Assembly (NCBI GenBank): GCA_046727415.1 | Contig: JBKPCO010000112.1 | Location: forward strand, 1-61,034 | Reading direction: 5' to 3' | From: Candidatus Methylomirabilota bacterium | Lineage (GTDB): Bacteria > Methylomirabilota > Methylomirabilia > Rokubacteriales > CSP1-6 | DNA length: 61,034 bases | Part shown: one piece after another, positions 20,215 through 28,929 of the stretch | How positions within the stretch are numbered: the first letter of the stretch is position 1 | How the letters are laid out: every line of letters starts with the position of its first letter | Position numbers and translations under genes: made by a program | The notes under the pieces: generated by a model | Databases searched by the model: none | What the model saw: only the letters and a program-made list of their open reading frames with translations | What the model was told of the DNA's origin: nothing

Positions 20215-22020
20215 TCACTTGGCTGCGATCAGCGTCAGATGCTCGACGATCGGGCCCAGCGCCAGCGCTGGCACGAACGTGAGTGCCCCGACCAGGAGCA
20301 CCACGCCGACCAGCAGCCCGACGAAGAGCGGGGTGTGGGTGGGCAAGGTGCCCGCGCCGACCGGGACGATCTTCTTGCGCGCCAGGGCCCCGGCGATCGC
20401 CAGCACCGGCACCGCCAGCCAGTAGCGGCCGAACAGCATGCAGAGCCCGAGCGCCGTGTTGTAGAAGGGGGTGTTCGCCGAGAGGCCGGCGAAGGCGCTG
20501 CCGTTGTTGTTGGATGCCGAGGAGAACGCGTAGAGGATCTCGCTGAACCCGTGAATTCCCGGGTTCGCGATCCCGGCCTTGCCGGCCGCGGTGACGACGC
20601 CGACGGACGTCCCGATGAGCACGAGCGCGGGCGTGATCAAGATGACCAGCGACGACATCTTCATCTCGTACGACTCGATCTTCTTGCCCAGGTACTCCGG
20701 CGTCCGCCCGACCATGAGCCCGGCCACGAAGACCGCGATGATCGCGAACATCAGCATCCCGTATAGGCCGGAGCCGACCCCGCCGTAGATCACTTCACCG
20801 AGCTGGATCAGCCACATGGGCACAAGCCCGCCGATTGGCGTGAAGGAGTCGTGCATCGCGTTCACCGACCCGTTGGAGGCCGCGGTCGTCGCGGTGGCCC
20901 AGAGGGCCGAGCTCGCGATGCCGAATCGCACCTCCTTACCCTCCATGTTGCCGCCGGATTGCAGCGCGCTCGCGGTGTGGTCGACACCTTGCTTCACGAG
21001 GACGTGGCCGTTCTGCTCGGCCACGACGCACACGAGCAGGAGCGCGACGAAGATCACGGTCATGGCGGCGAGGACCGCCCAGCCCTGGCGCGTGTCGCCG
21101 ACCATGACACCGAACGTGTAGCAGAGCGCCGCCGAGATCAACAGGATGGCCAGCAGCTCGAGGAAGTTCGAGAGCGGCGTCGGGTTCTCGAATGGATGGG
21201 CCGAGTTCACGTTGAAAAAGCCGCCGCCGTTCGTGCCGAGCTGCTTGATCGCGATCTGCGAGGCCGCCGGCCCCACCGCAATGACCTGCTCGGTCAGCGT
21301 GGACTTCTTAGTCCTGGGCTGGCCCTTCTCGTCGAGCACCGGCTTGCCGTCCTTGTCGGTCACCGGCTCGTCGTATTCAGACGGCTGCACGACCGCGACC
21401 TTCACGTACGGGCCGGACGTCTGCACCACGCCCTGGGAGACGAGCACGAGCGCGAAGACGAAGGAGAGGGGCAGCAGAACGTAGAGCGTCGTGCGCGTGA
21501 GATCGACCCAGAAGTTGCCGATCGTCTCGGCGGAGCGGCGGGCGAATCCGCGGATCAGCGCAACCGCGACCGCCATGCCCGTGGCCGCCGACACGAAGTT
21601 CTGCACGGTCAGCGCGAGCATCTGCGTGAGATAGCTCATGGTCGTCTCGCCGCCGTAGCCCTGCCAGTTGGTGTTCGTCGCGAAGCTCACCGCCGTGTTG
21701 AACGAGGAGTCCGGCGACACCGGGCCAAGCCCGGCCGGGTTGAGCGGCAGCAGGCCCTGGAGGCGCTGGAGCGCGTACACCGCCAGCAGTCCGGCCAGGT
21801 TGAAGAGAAGCATCGTCAGGGCGTAAGTTTTCCAGCCCATCTCCGCGCCGGGCACGACGCCGGACGCCCGGTAGATGAGGCGCTCGAGCCAGCCGAGTAT
21901 CCGGTCGAGCACGATCGGCTGGCCCTCGTACACGCGCGCCATGTACGCGCCGAGAGGCTTGGCCAGCGCCAGCAGGACGACGAGATAGAACGCGATTTGC
22001 AAGATCCCGTTGCCAGTCAT
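20215..22020 (-). CDS. kdpA: K+-transporting ATPase subunit A
   Basis: 601 aa, KdpA-like throughout ('[10 protein letters not shown]', '[19 protein letters not shown]'). Confidence 0.97.
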   Translation of the reverse strand: MTGNGILQIAFYLVVLLALAKPLGAYMARVYEGQPIVLDRILGWLERLIYRASGVVPGAEMGWKTYALTMLLFNLAGLLAVYALQRLQGLLPLNPAGLGPVSPDSSFNTAVSFATNTNWQGYGGETTMSYLTQMLALTVQNFVSAATGMAVAVALIRGFARRSAETIGNFWVDLTRTTLYVLLPLSFVFALVLVSQGVVQTSGPYVKVAVVQPSEYDEPVTDKDGKPVLDEKGQPRTKKSTLTEQVIAVGPAASQIAIKQLGTNGGGFFNVNSAHPFENPTPLSNFLELLAILLISAALCYTFGVMVGDTRQGWAVLAAMTVIFVALLLVCVVAEQNGHVLVKQGVDHTASALQSGGNMEGKEVRFGIASSALWATATTAASNGSVNAMHDSFTPIGGLVPMWLIQLGEVIYGGVGSGLYGMLMFAIIAVFVAGLMVGRTPEYLGKKIESYEMKMSSLVILITPALVLIGTSVGVVTAAGKAGIANPGIHGFSEILYAFSSASNNNGSAFAGLSANTPFYNTALGLCMLFGRYWLAVPVLAIAGALARKKIVPVGAGTLPTHTPLFVGLLVGVVLLVGALTFVPALALGPIVEHLTLIAAK

Positions 22021-22109
22021 GCGAAGAGCTCCGGCTTGAGCAGCGCCAGCACGAGGTAGATCAACAACCCCAGCGAGACGAGACCGCCGACGACGTAGAG
22101 CAGTGGCAT
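22017..22109 (-). CDS. kdpF: K+-transporting ATPase subunit F (30 aa)
   Basis: [36 protein letters not shown] lies 5 nt upstream. The stop overlaps the kdpA ATG (ATGA). Not in the ORF track because it is under 60 aa. Confidence 0.8.
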   Translation of the reverse strand: MPLLYVVGGLVSLGLLIYLVLALLKPELFA

Positions 22110-22118
22110 GCGAGCCTC

Positions 22119-22208
22119 CTACACGCGCTCACAGAGCTTGACGAACGCCCAGGTGAGGCCGAAGAAGAGGACGCTGAGTCCGACGTAGAGCCAGTCCATC
22201 CAGTCCAT
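22119..22208 (-). CDS. Unannotated 29-aa hydrophobic peptide ORF immediately upstream of kdpF
   Basis: [34 protein letters not shown] lies 5 nt upstream of the ATG. The stop is 9 nt before the kdpF ATG. Confidence 0.5.
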   Translation of the reverse strand: MDWMDWLYVGLSVLFFGLTWAFVKLCERV

Positions 22209-22254
22209 GTCCGCCTCCAACCAAGAACGATAGAGCCCTTCCGCCTTAAGACGC

Positions 22255-22297
22255 CGTCAAGATCCGGCGGCGTGACGTAAAAGATCCGTCAAAATAC
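22255..22297 (-). promoter_or_regulatory. T-tract direct-repeat operator plus TTGACG box upstream of the kdp operon (candidate KdpE site)
   Basis: Minus strand: GTATTTTGACG GATCTTTTACG, a 15-nt spacer, then TTGACG. Half-sites are 11 bp apart. Flanked by the inverted repeat GTGACGT/ACGTCAC (22272-22278 and 22303-22309). Confidence 0.4.
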
Positions 22298-22413
22298 CTG
22301 TCACGTCACGGCTGTCCCACCGTTCCGATGTTGACGTCGTATTTACACGAATCGCCGCCAGTTTGGCGCCGTGTTGATCCCATCCGGCCGTCTCATGGGC
22401 ACGGGAGGAACCC

Positions 22414-22608
22414 ATGAAGCCGCTGTGGTGGCAACTGTACGGACTTGGAGTGCTCCTCGTGGCGCTGATCGGCGTCATCGAGGTCGACGTTCCGACAGGG
22501 ACCCTGCGCACGATTCTCGAGAGCGCCGCCGTCGTCCTCGCCTTCGGCCTCATGCTGGTCTGGCGCCGGCACAATCGGGCGGCGTTCGATCTGGACCGAC
22601 GCCAATGA
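22414..22608 (+). CDS. Small 2-TM membrane protein upstream of kdpD (paralog of 15706..16062)
   Basis: 64 aa with two hydrophobic helices. GGGAGG lies 5 nt upstream of the ATG. Confidence 0.6.
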   Translation: MKPLWWQLYGLGVLLVALIGVIEVDVPTGTLRTILESAAVVLAFGLMLVWRRHNRAAFDLDRRQ

Positions 22609-22773
22609 CGCCTCTTCTGCTCACGTACTGCGCGCTGCCCTTCCGTATCTGGCCGCGACCGTACGCATCGCGCTGACCGTGAGCGTGTGGCCGCGGTCGG
22701 GATTGAAATCTCTGCCCTGACGGGTCACTCACAGCCTTGATTCCGCACGACCCCGGAGCGCTACACTAGGGGC

Positions 22774-25467
22774 GTGAGCACCGAGCGGCCCGATCCCGAG
22801 GCGCTCCTGGCCCGTGTCAAGGCGGAGGAAGCGCGTCAGCATCGGGGCAAGCTCAAGATATTTCTCGGCGCCGCCGCCGGAGTCGGCAAGACGTTCGCAA
22901 TGCTCGAGGCGGTGCGCGAGCAGAGAGCCGACGGAGTCGACGCGGTAGTGGGCTACGTCGAAACGCACGGCCGCGCAGAGACCGACGCGCTGCTCACGGG
23001 ACTGGAGATTATTCCGCCGCGGATGGTCGACTACCGCGGAGCCGCGCTGCGGGAATTCGATCTCGACGCCGCGCTCGCGCGCCGCCCCGCCCTGATCCTC
23101 GTCGACGAGCTGGCCCACACGAACGCCGCCGGCCTCCGTCACGCCAAGCGCTGGCAGGACGTGGTCGAGCTCCTCGACGCCGGTATCGACGTCTACACGA
23201 CCATGAACGTGCAGCACATCGAGACCCTCAACGACGTCGTCGCGAAGATCACCGGGGTCGTGGTGCGCGAGACCGTGCCGGATTCGGTGTTCGAGCAGGC
23301 CGACGAGGTCGAGCTGATCGATCTGCCGCCCGATGAGCTCCTGGAGCGCTTCAAGGACGGCAAGGTGTACATGCCCGAGCAGGCGCAGGAGGCCGTCAAG
23401 AACTTCTTCCGCAAGGGCAACCTGATCGCCCTGCGCGAGCTGGCGCTGCGCCGCACCGCTGAGCGCGTGGACGCGCAGATGCGCGTGTACATGCACGAGC
23501 ACGCGATCGGCAAGGCGTGGCCGACGGCCGAGCGGCTCCTGGTGTGCATCAGCCCGGGCCCGGAGTCGGCGCGGCTCGTCCGAGCCGCCAAGCGGATGGC
23601 GGACCGCCTCGGCGCGCCGTGGCTCGCGGCTTACGTCGAGACGCCGGCACAGCTCCGGCTGTCAGCCGAGGTGCGCGACCGGGTCACCCAGACGCTGCGG
23701 CTGGCCGAGCAGCTCGGCGCCGAGACGGTCCGGCTGCCCGGCGAGAAGATGAGCGAGGCGATCCTGAGCTTCGCCCACGACCGCAACGTGACGAAGATCG
23801 TGGTGGGCAAGCCACGCCGGCGCCTCTGGACGCGGATTTTGATCGGCTCGATCGTCGATGCGCTGGTGCAGGGCAGCGGCGACATCGACATCTACGTCAT
23901 CAGCGCCGAGCGCGAGCAGCAAGGCGTGCCGCAGGCGCCGCGGGGCCGCCGCGCGATCCCCTCCGACTGGGCACCCTACGGCTGGGCCATGGCCGTCGTC
24001 GCGCTGGCTACCGGCGTCGCGTGGGTAACCCTGCCGTTCCTCGGGCTGGTCAACCTGGTCGACCTGGTGATGGTCTACCTGCTCGGCATCGTCGTGGTCG
24101 CCACTCGCTACGGCCGGGGTCCGTCGCTTCTGGCCTCGATCCTGAGCGTCGCCGCGCTCGACTTCTTCTTCGTTCCGCCGGTCTTCACGTTTGCGGTCTC
24201 CGACGCCCGCTATGTCTTCACCTTCGCCGTGATGCTGGTCGTCGGGCTCGTGACCAGTGGCCTGGCCGCGCGCATTCGCACGCAGGCGGAGGCAGCGCGT
24301 CTGCGCGAGCAGCGGACGGCGGCGCTCTACGCGATGAGCCGGGAGCTGGCGAGCACGCGGGGCGCGGACAAGCTCCTGACGATCGCGATCCGGCACATCA
24401 GCGAGGTTTTTCGCAGCCAGGTGGTCGTGCTGCTACCCGGCCCAGGCGGCACGCTCGTCTCCGCCGATGGCGGCCAGTTCGCGCTCGACTCGAACGAGCT
24501 CGGCGTGAGCAAGTGGGTGCACGAGCATCACCAGCCCGCGGGACTCGGCACCTCGACCCTGCCGGGCGCCGCCGCGCTCTACCTGCCGCTACAGGCCCCG
24601 CGCGGTCCCGTGGGCGTGATCGGCGTTCGGCCGGCGGACCGGCATGCGCTCGACGCGCCCGACCAGCTCCACCAGCTCGAGACGTTCGCCAACCAGACCG
24701 CGCTCGCGATCGAGCGCGCGCAGCTCGCCGACGAGGCGCAGCAGAACCAGGTGCGGATGGAAACCGAGCGGCTGCGGAACTCGCTCCTCAGCTCGGTCTC
24801 GCACGATTTGAGAACGCCGCTGGCGACGATCACCGGGGCCGCCACCACGATCCTCGAGAACGGCGCCAAGCTGAACGACCGCACGCGCCAGGGGCTGCTC
24901 GAATCGGTGCGCGAGGAGGCCGAGCGGCTGAACCGGCTGGTGCAGAACCTGCTGGAGATGACGCGCTTGGAATCGGGCGCGCTCCAGCTCCGCAAGGAAT
25001 GGCACCCGCTCGAGGAGATCATCGGCGCCGCGCTGAGCCGTCTCGGCAAGGAGCTCGGCGACCGGCGCGTGGAGACCCGCGTCCCCCCCGACCTGCCGCT
25101 GGTGCCGATCGACGACGTTCTCATCGAGCAGGTGCTGGTCAATCTGCTCGACAACGCCGTGAAGTACACGCCGGGCGGCAGCCCCATCCGCATCATGGCG
25201 ACCGCGACCGACGAGGCCGTCACCGTCGAGGTCGCCGATCACGGCCCCGGATTGCCGCGCGGCGAGGAAGACCGGGTGTTCGAGAAGTTCTATCGCGCGA
25301 CGCCCGGTGGCCGGGGCGCCGGGCTCGGCCTCGCGATCTGCCAGGGAATCGTCAGGGCGCACGGTGGGAACATCTGGGCGCAGAATCTGCCCGAGGGCGG
25401 CGTGGCCTTCCTGTTCACGCTGCCGCTCGCCGGCAAGCCACCGGCCTCGGTTCCCGCCGATGCCTGA
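22774..25467 (+). CDS. kdpD: Osmosensitive K+ channel sensor histidine kinase KdpD
   Basis: 897 aa: KdpD N-domain ('GAAAGVGKTFAML'), Usp-like region, 4 TM, GAF-like region, H-box 'SHDLRTPL' and HATPase_c. Confidence 0.95.
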   Translation: MSTERPDPEALLARVKAEEARQHRGKLKIFLGAAAGVGKTFAMLEAVREQRADGVDAVVGYVETHGRAETDALLTGLEIIPPRMVDYRGAALREFDLDAALARRPALILVDELAHTNAAGLRHAKRWQDVVELLDAGIDVYTTMNVQHIETLNDVVAKITGVVVRETVPDSVFEQADEVELIDLPPDELLERFKDGKVYMPEQAQEAVKNFFRKGNLIALRELALRRTAERVDAQMRVYMHEHAIGKAWPTAERLLVCISPGPESARLVRAAKRMADRLGAPWLAAYVETPAQLRLSAEVRDRVTQTLRLAEQLGAETVRLPGEKMSEAILSFAHDRNVTKIVVGKPRRRLWTRILIGSIVDALVQGSGDIDIYVISAEREQQGVPQAPRGRRAIPSDWAPYGWAMAVVALATGVAWVTLPFLGLVNLVDLVMVYLLGIVVVATRYGRGPSLLASILSVAALDFFFVPPVFTFAVSDARYVFTFAVMLVVGLVTSGLAARIRTQAEAARLREQRTAALYAMSRELASTRGADKLLTIAIRHISEVFRSQVVVLLPGPGGTLVSADGGQFALDSNELGVSKWVHEHHQPAGLGTSTLPGAAALYLPLQAPRGPVGVIGVRPADRHALDAPDQLHQLETFANQTALAIERAQLADEAQQNQVRMETERLRNSLLSSVSHDLRTPLATITGAATTILENGAKLNDRTRQGLLESVREEAERLNRLVQNLLEMTRLESGALQLRKEWHPLEEIIGAALSRLGKELGDRRVETRVPPDLPLVPIDDVLIEQVLVNLLDNAVKYTPGGSPIRIMATATDEAVTVEVADHGPGLPRGEEDRVFEKFYRATPGGRGAGLGLAICQGIVRAHGGNIWAQNLPEGGVAFLFTLPLAGKPPASVPADA

Positions 25468-26152
25468 CCCCGTCGTCGTCCTCATCGAGGACGAGCCTCA
25501 GATCCGGAAGTTCCTGCGCGCCACGCTCGAGGGTCAGGGCTACCGGCTGTTCGAGGCGACCTCGGGCGCCGACGGCGTGGTCGAGGTCGGCTCGCGCCAG
25601 CCCGACGTCGTCATCGTCGACCTGGGCCTGCCCGACATGGACGGCCTCGACGTCATCCGGCGCGTGCGCGAGTGGACCGACGTCCCGGTCATCGTGCTGT
25701 CCGCGCGCGGCGGGGAGCGCGACAAGGTCACGGCGCTCGACGCCGGCGCAGACGACTACGTCAGCAAGCCGTTCGGCGCCGGCGAGCTCCTGGCGCGCAT
25801 CCGCGTCGCGCTGCGCCACACCGCCGGTGCGTCACATGAGGCGGACGAGGCGGTGTTCCAGGTGGGCGCGCTGCGCGTCGATCTCTTGCGCCGACAGGTG
25901 TTCGTCGGCGACAAGGAGATGCACCTGACGCCGATCGAGTATCGGCTCCTGACCACGCTCGTGCACCACGCCGGCAAGGTCGTCACCCACCAGCAGCTGC
26001 TCCGTGAGGTGTGGGGCCCCTCGCACACCGAGCAGGCGCACTACGCCCGCGTATACATGGCGCACCTGCGCCAGAAGCTCGAAGCCGAGCCCGCGCGCCC
26101 GCGCTATCTCCTCACGGAGCCGGGCGTGGGCTACCGGCTGGCCGCCGAATAG
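25460..26152 (+). CDS. kdpE: OmpR-family response regulator KdpE
   Basis: The ATG at 25460 overlaps the kdpD stop. REC domain ('VVLIEDEPQ', 'DLGLPDMDG') plus a winged-helix 'LTPIEYRLL ... GVGYRL'. Confidence 0.95.
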   Translation: MPDPVVVLIEDEPQIRKFLRATLEGQGYRLFEATSGADGVVEVGSRQPDVVIVDLGLPDMDGLDVIRRVREWTDVPVIVLSARGGERDKVTALDAGADDYVSKPFGAGELLARIRVALRHTAGASHEADEAVFQVGALRVDLLRRQVFVGDKEMHLTPIEYRLLTTLVHHAGKVVTHQQLLREVWGPSHTEQAHYARVYMAHLRQKLEAEPARPRYLLTEPGVGYRLAAE

Positions 26153-26178
26153 CGTTCTCGTAGTATGTCAGGACGGGA

Positions 26179-26206
26179 GCGTCGGCCCGCGCGCGGGGGA
26201 CGACGC
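26179..26206. terminator. GC-rich hairpin between convergent kdpE and the pseudokinase gene (possible bidirectional terminator)
   Basis: GCGTCG-G-CCCGCG/CGCGGG-GGA-CGACGC. No clear U-tract on either side. Confidence 0.3.
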
Positions 26207-26227
26207 CTTACGCGCGAGCGATGCTTT

Positions 26228-28594
26228 TCACTTCACGACGCGGTCGGCGCGAAGAACGAGCGATTCCGGAAGGGACAGCCCGAGCGCGCGCGCGGTCTTG
26301 AGATTGACGACGAGATCGAACCGGGACGGCTGCTCTACCGGGAGGTCGCGCGGATTCGTCGGGCCGAGAATCTTGCCGATATAGGCGCCCGCGCGACGAT
26401 ACATGGCGGGAGTGCTCGGCCCGTAGGCGAGGAGGCCGCCAGCGTCCACGAACTCACTGGAGCCATAAACCGCCGGCAACCCAGCCCGGCTGGCGAGGTC
26501 GACGATCGATTGCGCATTGATCAGGGTCAGCGGACCTCCCGGCACGATGATCGCCTCGGGCCGCCCGGCGGGCGGTCCCGCGAGCAGGCTTCCGAGCGCT
26601 TCTCCCTCCTGGACCACATATGGCTGAACGCTCACGCCGGCGAGCTCGGCGGCGAGCTGAAGCTTCGCCAGGTCCACGCGGCCCGCAAGCAAGCTTCCAG
26701 GCGCCTGGCCGCGCTGGACGACGTAGAGCTGGATCCGCATGCCGACGAGCTCGGCGGCGAGCCGAAGCTTGGCCAGGTCCACGCGGCTCGACGGGTCTGC
26801 GCCGTAGAGAACAGCCACCCGGGTGATCCCGGGACGGACCTCTTTCAGCAGCTTCAACCAGTTGTGGACCAGATCTGCCGACGAATAGGTGACGCCCGTG
26901 ACATTGCCGCTGAGCTCGTCACGGCGCGGGCCCGCAGTCCCGACGGCATCGGAGAGCACGACGATCGGGATCGTGCTCGTCGCCTGCTTCGCCGCGTTGA
27001 TCGCCGGGCTGCCAACGGCAAATACCACGTCGACCTTGAGACGAACGAGTTCAGCCGCGAGCTCCGGGAGCCGCTCGGGACGTCCGTCACCGGACCGATA
27101 CTCGAACGCGACGTCCCGCGAATACCCGGCTAGCGACTGTCTGATGATGTCTTGGTCCGACGCCGAGACCCGCCCGGAGTCCAGCCACCCCACCCGATAC
27201 CGTTTCACCTGAGCTTCGGTGGCCGATGTCGCCGCCGACTGGAGGCTACCCGGCGCACCGCTCGCGGTGCTGGGAGCTGATACGGCCGGTGGCGTCGCCT
27301 TCGCCAAGGACGATGAAACCTCCGTGTTGATGCCTGGCGAGGCCGGCCCCGCGGCGGGCAAGGGGCGCGCCCCGGCGGCGGGACCGTTCTGCGTCGGGGG
27401 CTTGAGCGCCTCCGAGTCCGACCGCGGCGGTGTCGGTTTCGTCGCCGATCGTGGCACCGCGGCCGGCGCAGTTGGCCTGGCCGCGGATTCGGCACGAGTC
27501 GCGGTGGTGGAAGCGCTCACGGTAGACTCCGAGGTCTGACGCTCCCTGACCTGTGCGGGCTCCGATTGCGCGATCGGACTCTGGGCAGCGGGCTGCGACC
27601 TGAGCAATTCCCAGGCGGCGAACACGGTAATCAACGCCGCGACGGCGGTGGCGGTAATGATCGCACCCCTTCCCCGCCATTGGCTCCATTGGCTCCACTG
27701 TCTCCTCGCTGCGCTCGCTGCAGGGGGGGTGGTCGGCTCCTCCCAGAGTACGTTGAGCATCTCGTGCATCAAGGGCCGCCGCTTCGGGTCCTTGTCGAGC
27801 GCTTGCGTGACGATGCGCTCCACCGCGGGGGGCACGGGGCGATGTTGGTGCATCGGGGTCGGCCGTTCGTTGAGGTGCTTAGAGAGGACGGCCTCACGCG
27901 TAGGGGCCTGGAACGGCGGCTCGCCGCAGAACAGCTCGTAGGCGATGACGGCGAAAGAATAGATGTCCGTCTTCTCGCTCACCGACGCGTGCGTGATCTG
28001 CTCGGGCGCAAGGTACTCCGCCGGAGGCTCCAGCGCGGGGTCACCCTGCGGCGTCGGCGCGCCGCGCAGGCCCGCCAGCTCTACGTCCATCAGCTTGATG
28101 GCTCCGTCAGCAAGTACCATGACGTTGTGCGGACGGATCGCGCCATGAACGAGGCCGAGATTATGAAGCGCCTCGACGGCGGCGCCGAGGTCGAGCGCCC
28201 CGCTTTGCGCATCGCTGCTGTCGAGCGGCTGGGCCGCCGCTGACAGGAACTCGCTCAGGCGTTGGCCCTCGACGAACTCCGTGACCACGAAGGGCCGCCC
28301 AGGCTCGGCCTCACCCACCTCCAACACGCGGACGAGCCCTGGATGAGCCATGAAGCCAGGGACGCCCGATTCACGCACGTTATGGACCCGTCGCGCGATG
28401 CCGGATGCAGGCGTGATCCCGTCGGGCAAGAATCGGACTGCGACTCGGTGAGAGGTTGCCTCGTCCTCGGCGAGCCATACGGTCCCGAAGGCACCCGACC
28501 CGATCTCCTGGACGAGCCGGTAGCGGCCCTGGACGCGCTGTCCGACCGTAGCACGTTCGCCCACCTTGCCTCCTTGAGGCCTACTCACGCTCAT
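26228..28594 (-). CDS. Hanks-type kinase-like (predicted pseudokinase) / TM / periplasmic PF04392-like (ABC_sub_bind) receptor, paralog 1
   Basis: 788 aa. G-loop 'GSGAFGTV' is retained. The beta3 Lys motif is 'VAVRFL', HRD is 'HGAIRPHN' and DFG is 'DVE'. 'APE' is kept. One TM helix, a Pro/Ala/Ser-rich linker, and a C-terminal 'YRVGWLD...VDVVFAVGSPA...TSTIPIVV...GNVTGVTY' binding-protein fold. Confidence 0.85.
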   Translation of the reverse strand: MSVSRPQGGKVGERATVGQRVQGRYRLVQEIGSGAFGTVWLAEDEATSHRVAVRFLPDGITPASGIARRVHNVRESGVPGFMAHPGLVRVLEVGEAEPGRPFVVTEFVEGQRLSEFLSAAAQPLDSSDAQSGALDLGAAVEALHNLGLVHGAIRPHNVMVLADGAIKLMDVELAGLRGAPTPQGDPALEPPAEYLAPEQITHASVSEKTDIYSFAVIAYELFCGEPPFQAPTREAVLSKHLNERPTPMHQHRPVPPAVERIVTQALDKDPKRRPLMHEMLNVLWEEPTTPPAASAARRQWSQWSQWRGRGAIITATAVAALITVFAAWELLRSQPAAQSPIAQSEPAQVRERQTSESTVSASTTATRAESAARPTAPAAVPRSATKPTPPRSDSEALKPPTQNGPAAGARPLPAAGPASPGINTEVSSSLAKATPPAVSAPSTASGAPGSLQSAATSATEAQVKRYRVGWLDSGRVSASDQDIIRQSLAGYSRDVAFEYRSGDGRPERLPELAAELVRLKVDVVFAVGSPAINAAKQATSTIPIVVLSDAVGTAGPRRDELSGNVTGVTYSSADLVHNWLKLLKEVRPGITRVAVLYGADPSSRVDLAKLRLAAELVGMRIQLYVVQRGQAPGSLLAGRVDLAKLQLAAELAGVSVQPYVVQEGEALGSLLAGPPAGRPEAIIVPGGPLTLINAQSIVDLASRAGLPAVYGSSEFVDAGGLLAYGPSTPAMYRRAGAYIGKILGPTNPRDLPVEQPSRFDLVVNLKTARALGLSLPESLVLRADRVVK
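26573..26782 (-). repeat. In-frame 105-bp (35-aa) tandem duplication inside the binding-protein domain of paralog 1
   Basis: VDLAKLRLAAELVGMRIQLYVVQRGQAPGSLLAGR / VDLAKLQLAAELAGVSVQPYVVQEGEALGSLLAGP (25/35 identical). Paralog 2 has a single copy. Confidence 0.85.
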
Positions 28595-28682
28595 TGTGCC
28601 CCCCGACCCGCCTTTCCCGAATTCTTGCTCGACTCAGACAGATCTCCCCCAGTTCGTTTCCACCCCAAAGGGCGTGAACCCT

Positions 28683-28699
28683 AACAAGATTCGTGCCAG
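28683..28699 (-). promoter_or_regulatory. Sigma-54 (-24/-12)-like element upstream of pseudokinase paralog 1
   Basis: Minus strand cTGGCACGAATCTTGTT versus consensus TGGCACG-N4-TTGCW. About 90 nt upstream of the ATG at 28594. Confidence 0.5.
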
Positions 28700-28929
28700 T
28701 GGCGACCGGCCCATCGATAGGGAGGGACCGTTCGGTCAGGGTGATCCGAACCCAGCCAGCACACTGCTCAATCAGCGACGTGCGGGACGCCCCGTCCCGG
28801 GACCGGCGAGACGCGGCGCGCCGATGCTGAAATTGTCTGCGCATGGAATGCAAAGATATGCGTACTCACTCCGACCCGTTTGCTACCTGATCGCGAATAA
28901 ATGGGTCGGCATTGAGGACCACGGAACCT

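Noticed and set aside
26573-26782. Checked whether the regularly spaced repeats here, and at 41857-41972, could be a CRISPR array or mobile-element ends.
   Set aside because: The 105-bp units are in-frame coding sequence of a binding-protein domain. The 41.9-kb units number only two, are hairpin-forming, and sit in an intercistronic gap. There are no cas genes, no transposase or integrase, and no target-site duplications anywhere in the window.
28581-28853. 90-aa ORF on the minus strand inside the inter-paralog spacer.
   Set aside because: It is Arg-rich with no motifs and no SD, and it overlaps the start of the downstream gene in another frame. The region is better explained as 5' UTR and promoter.
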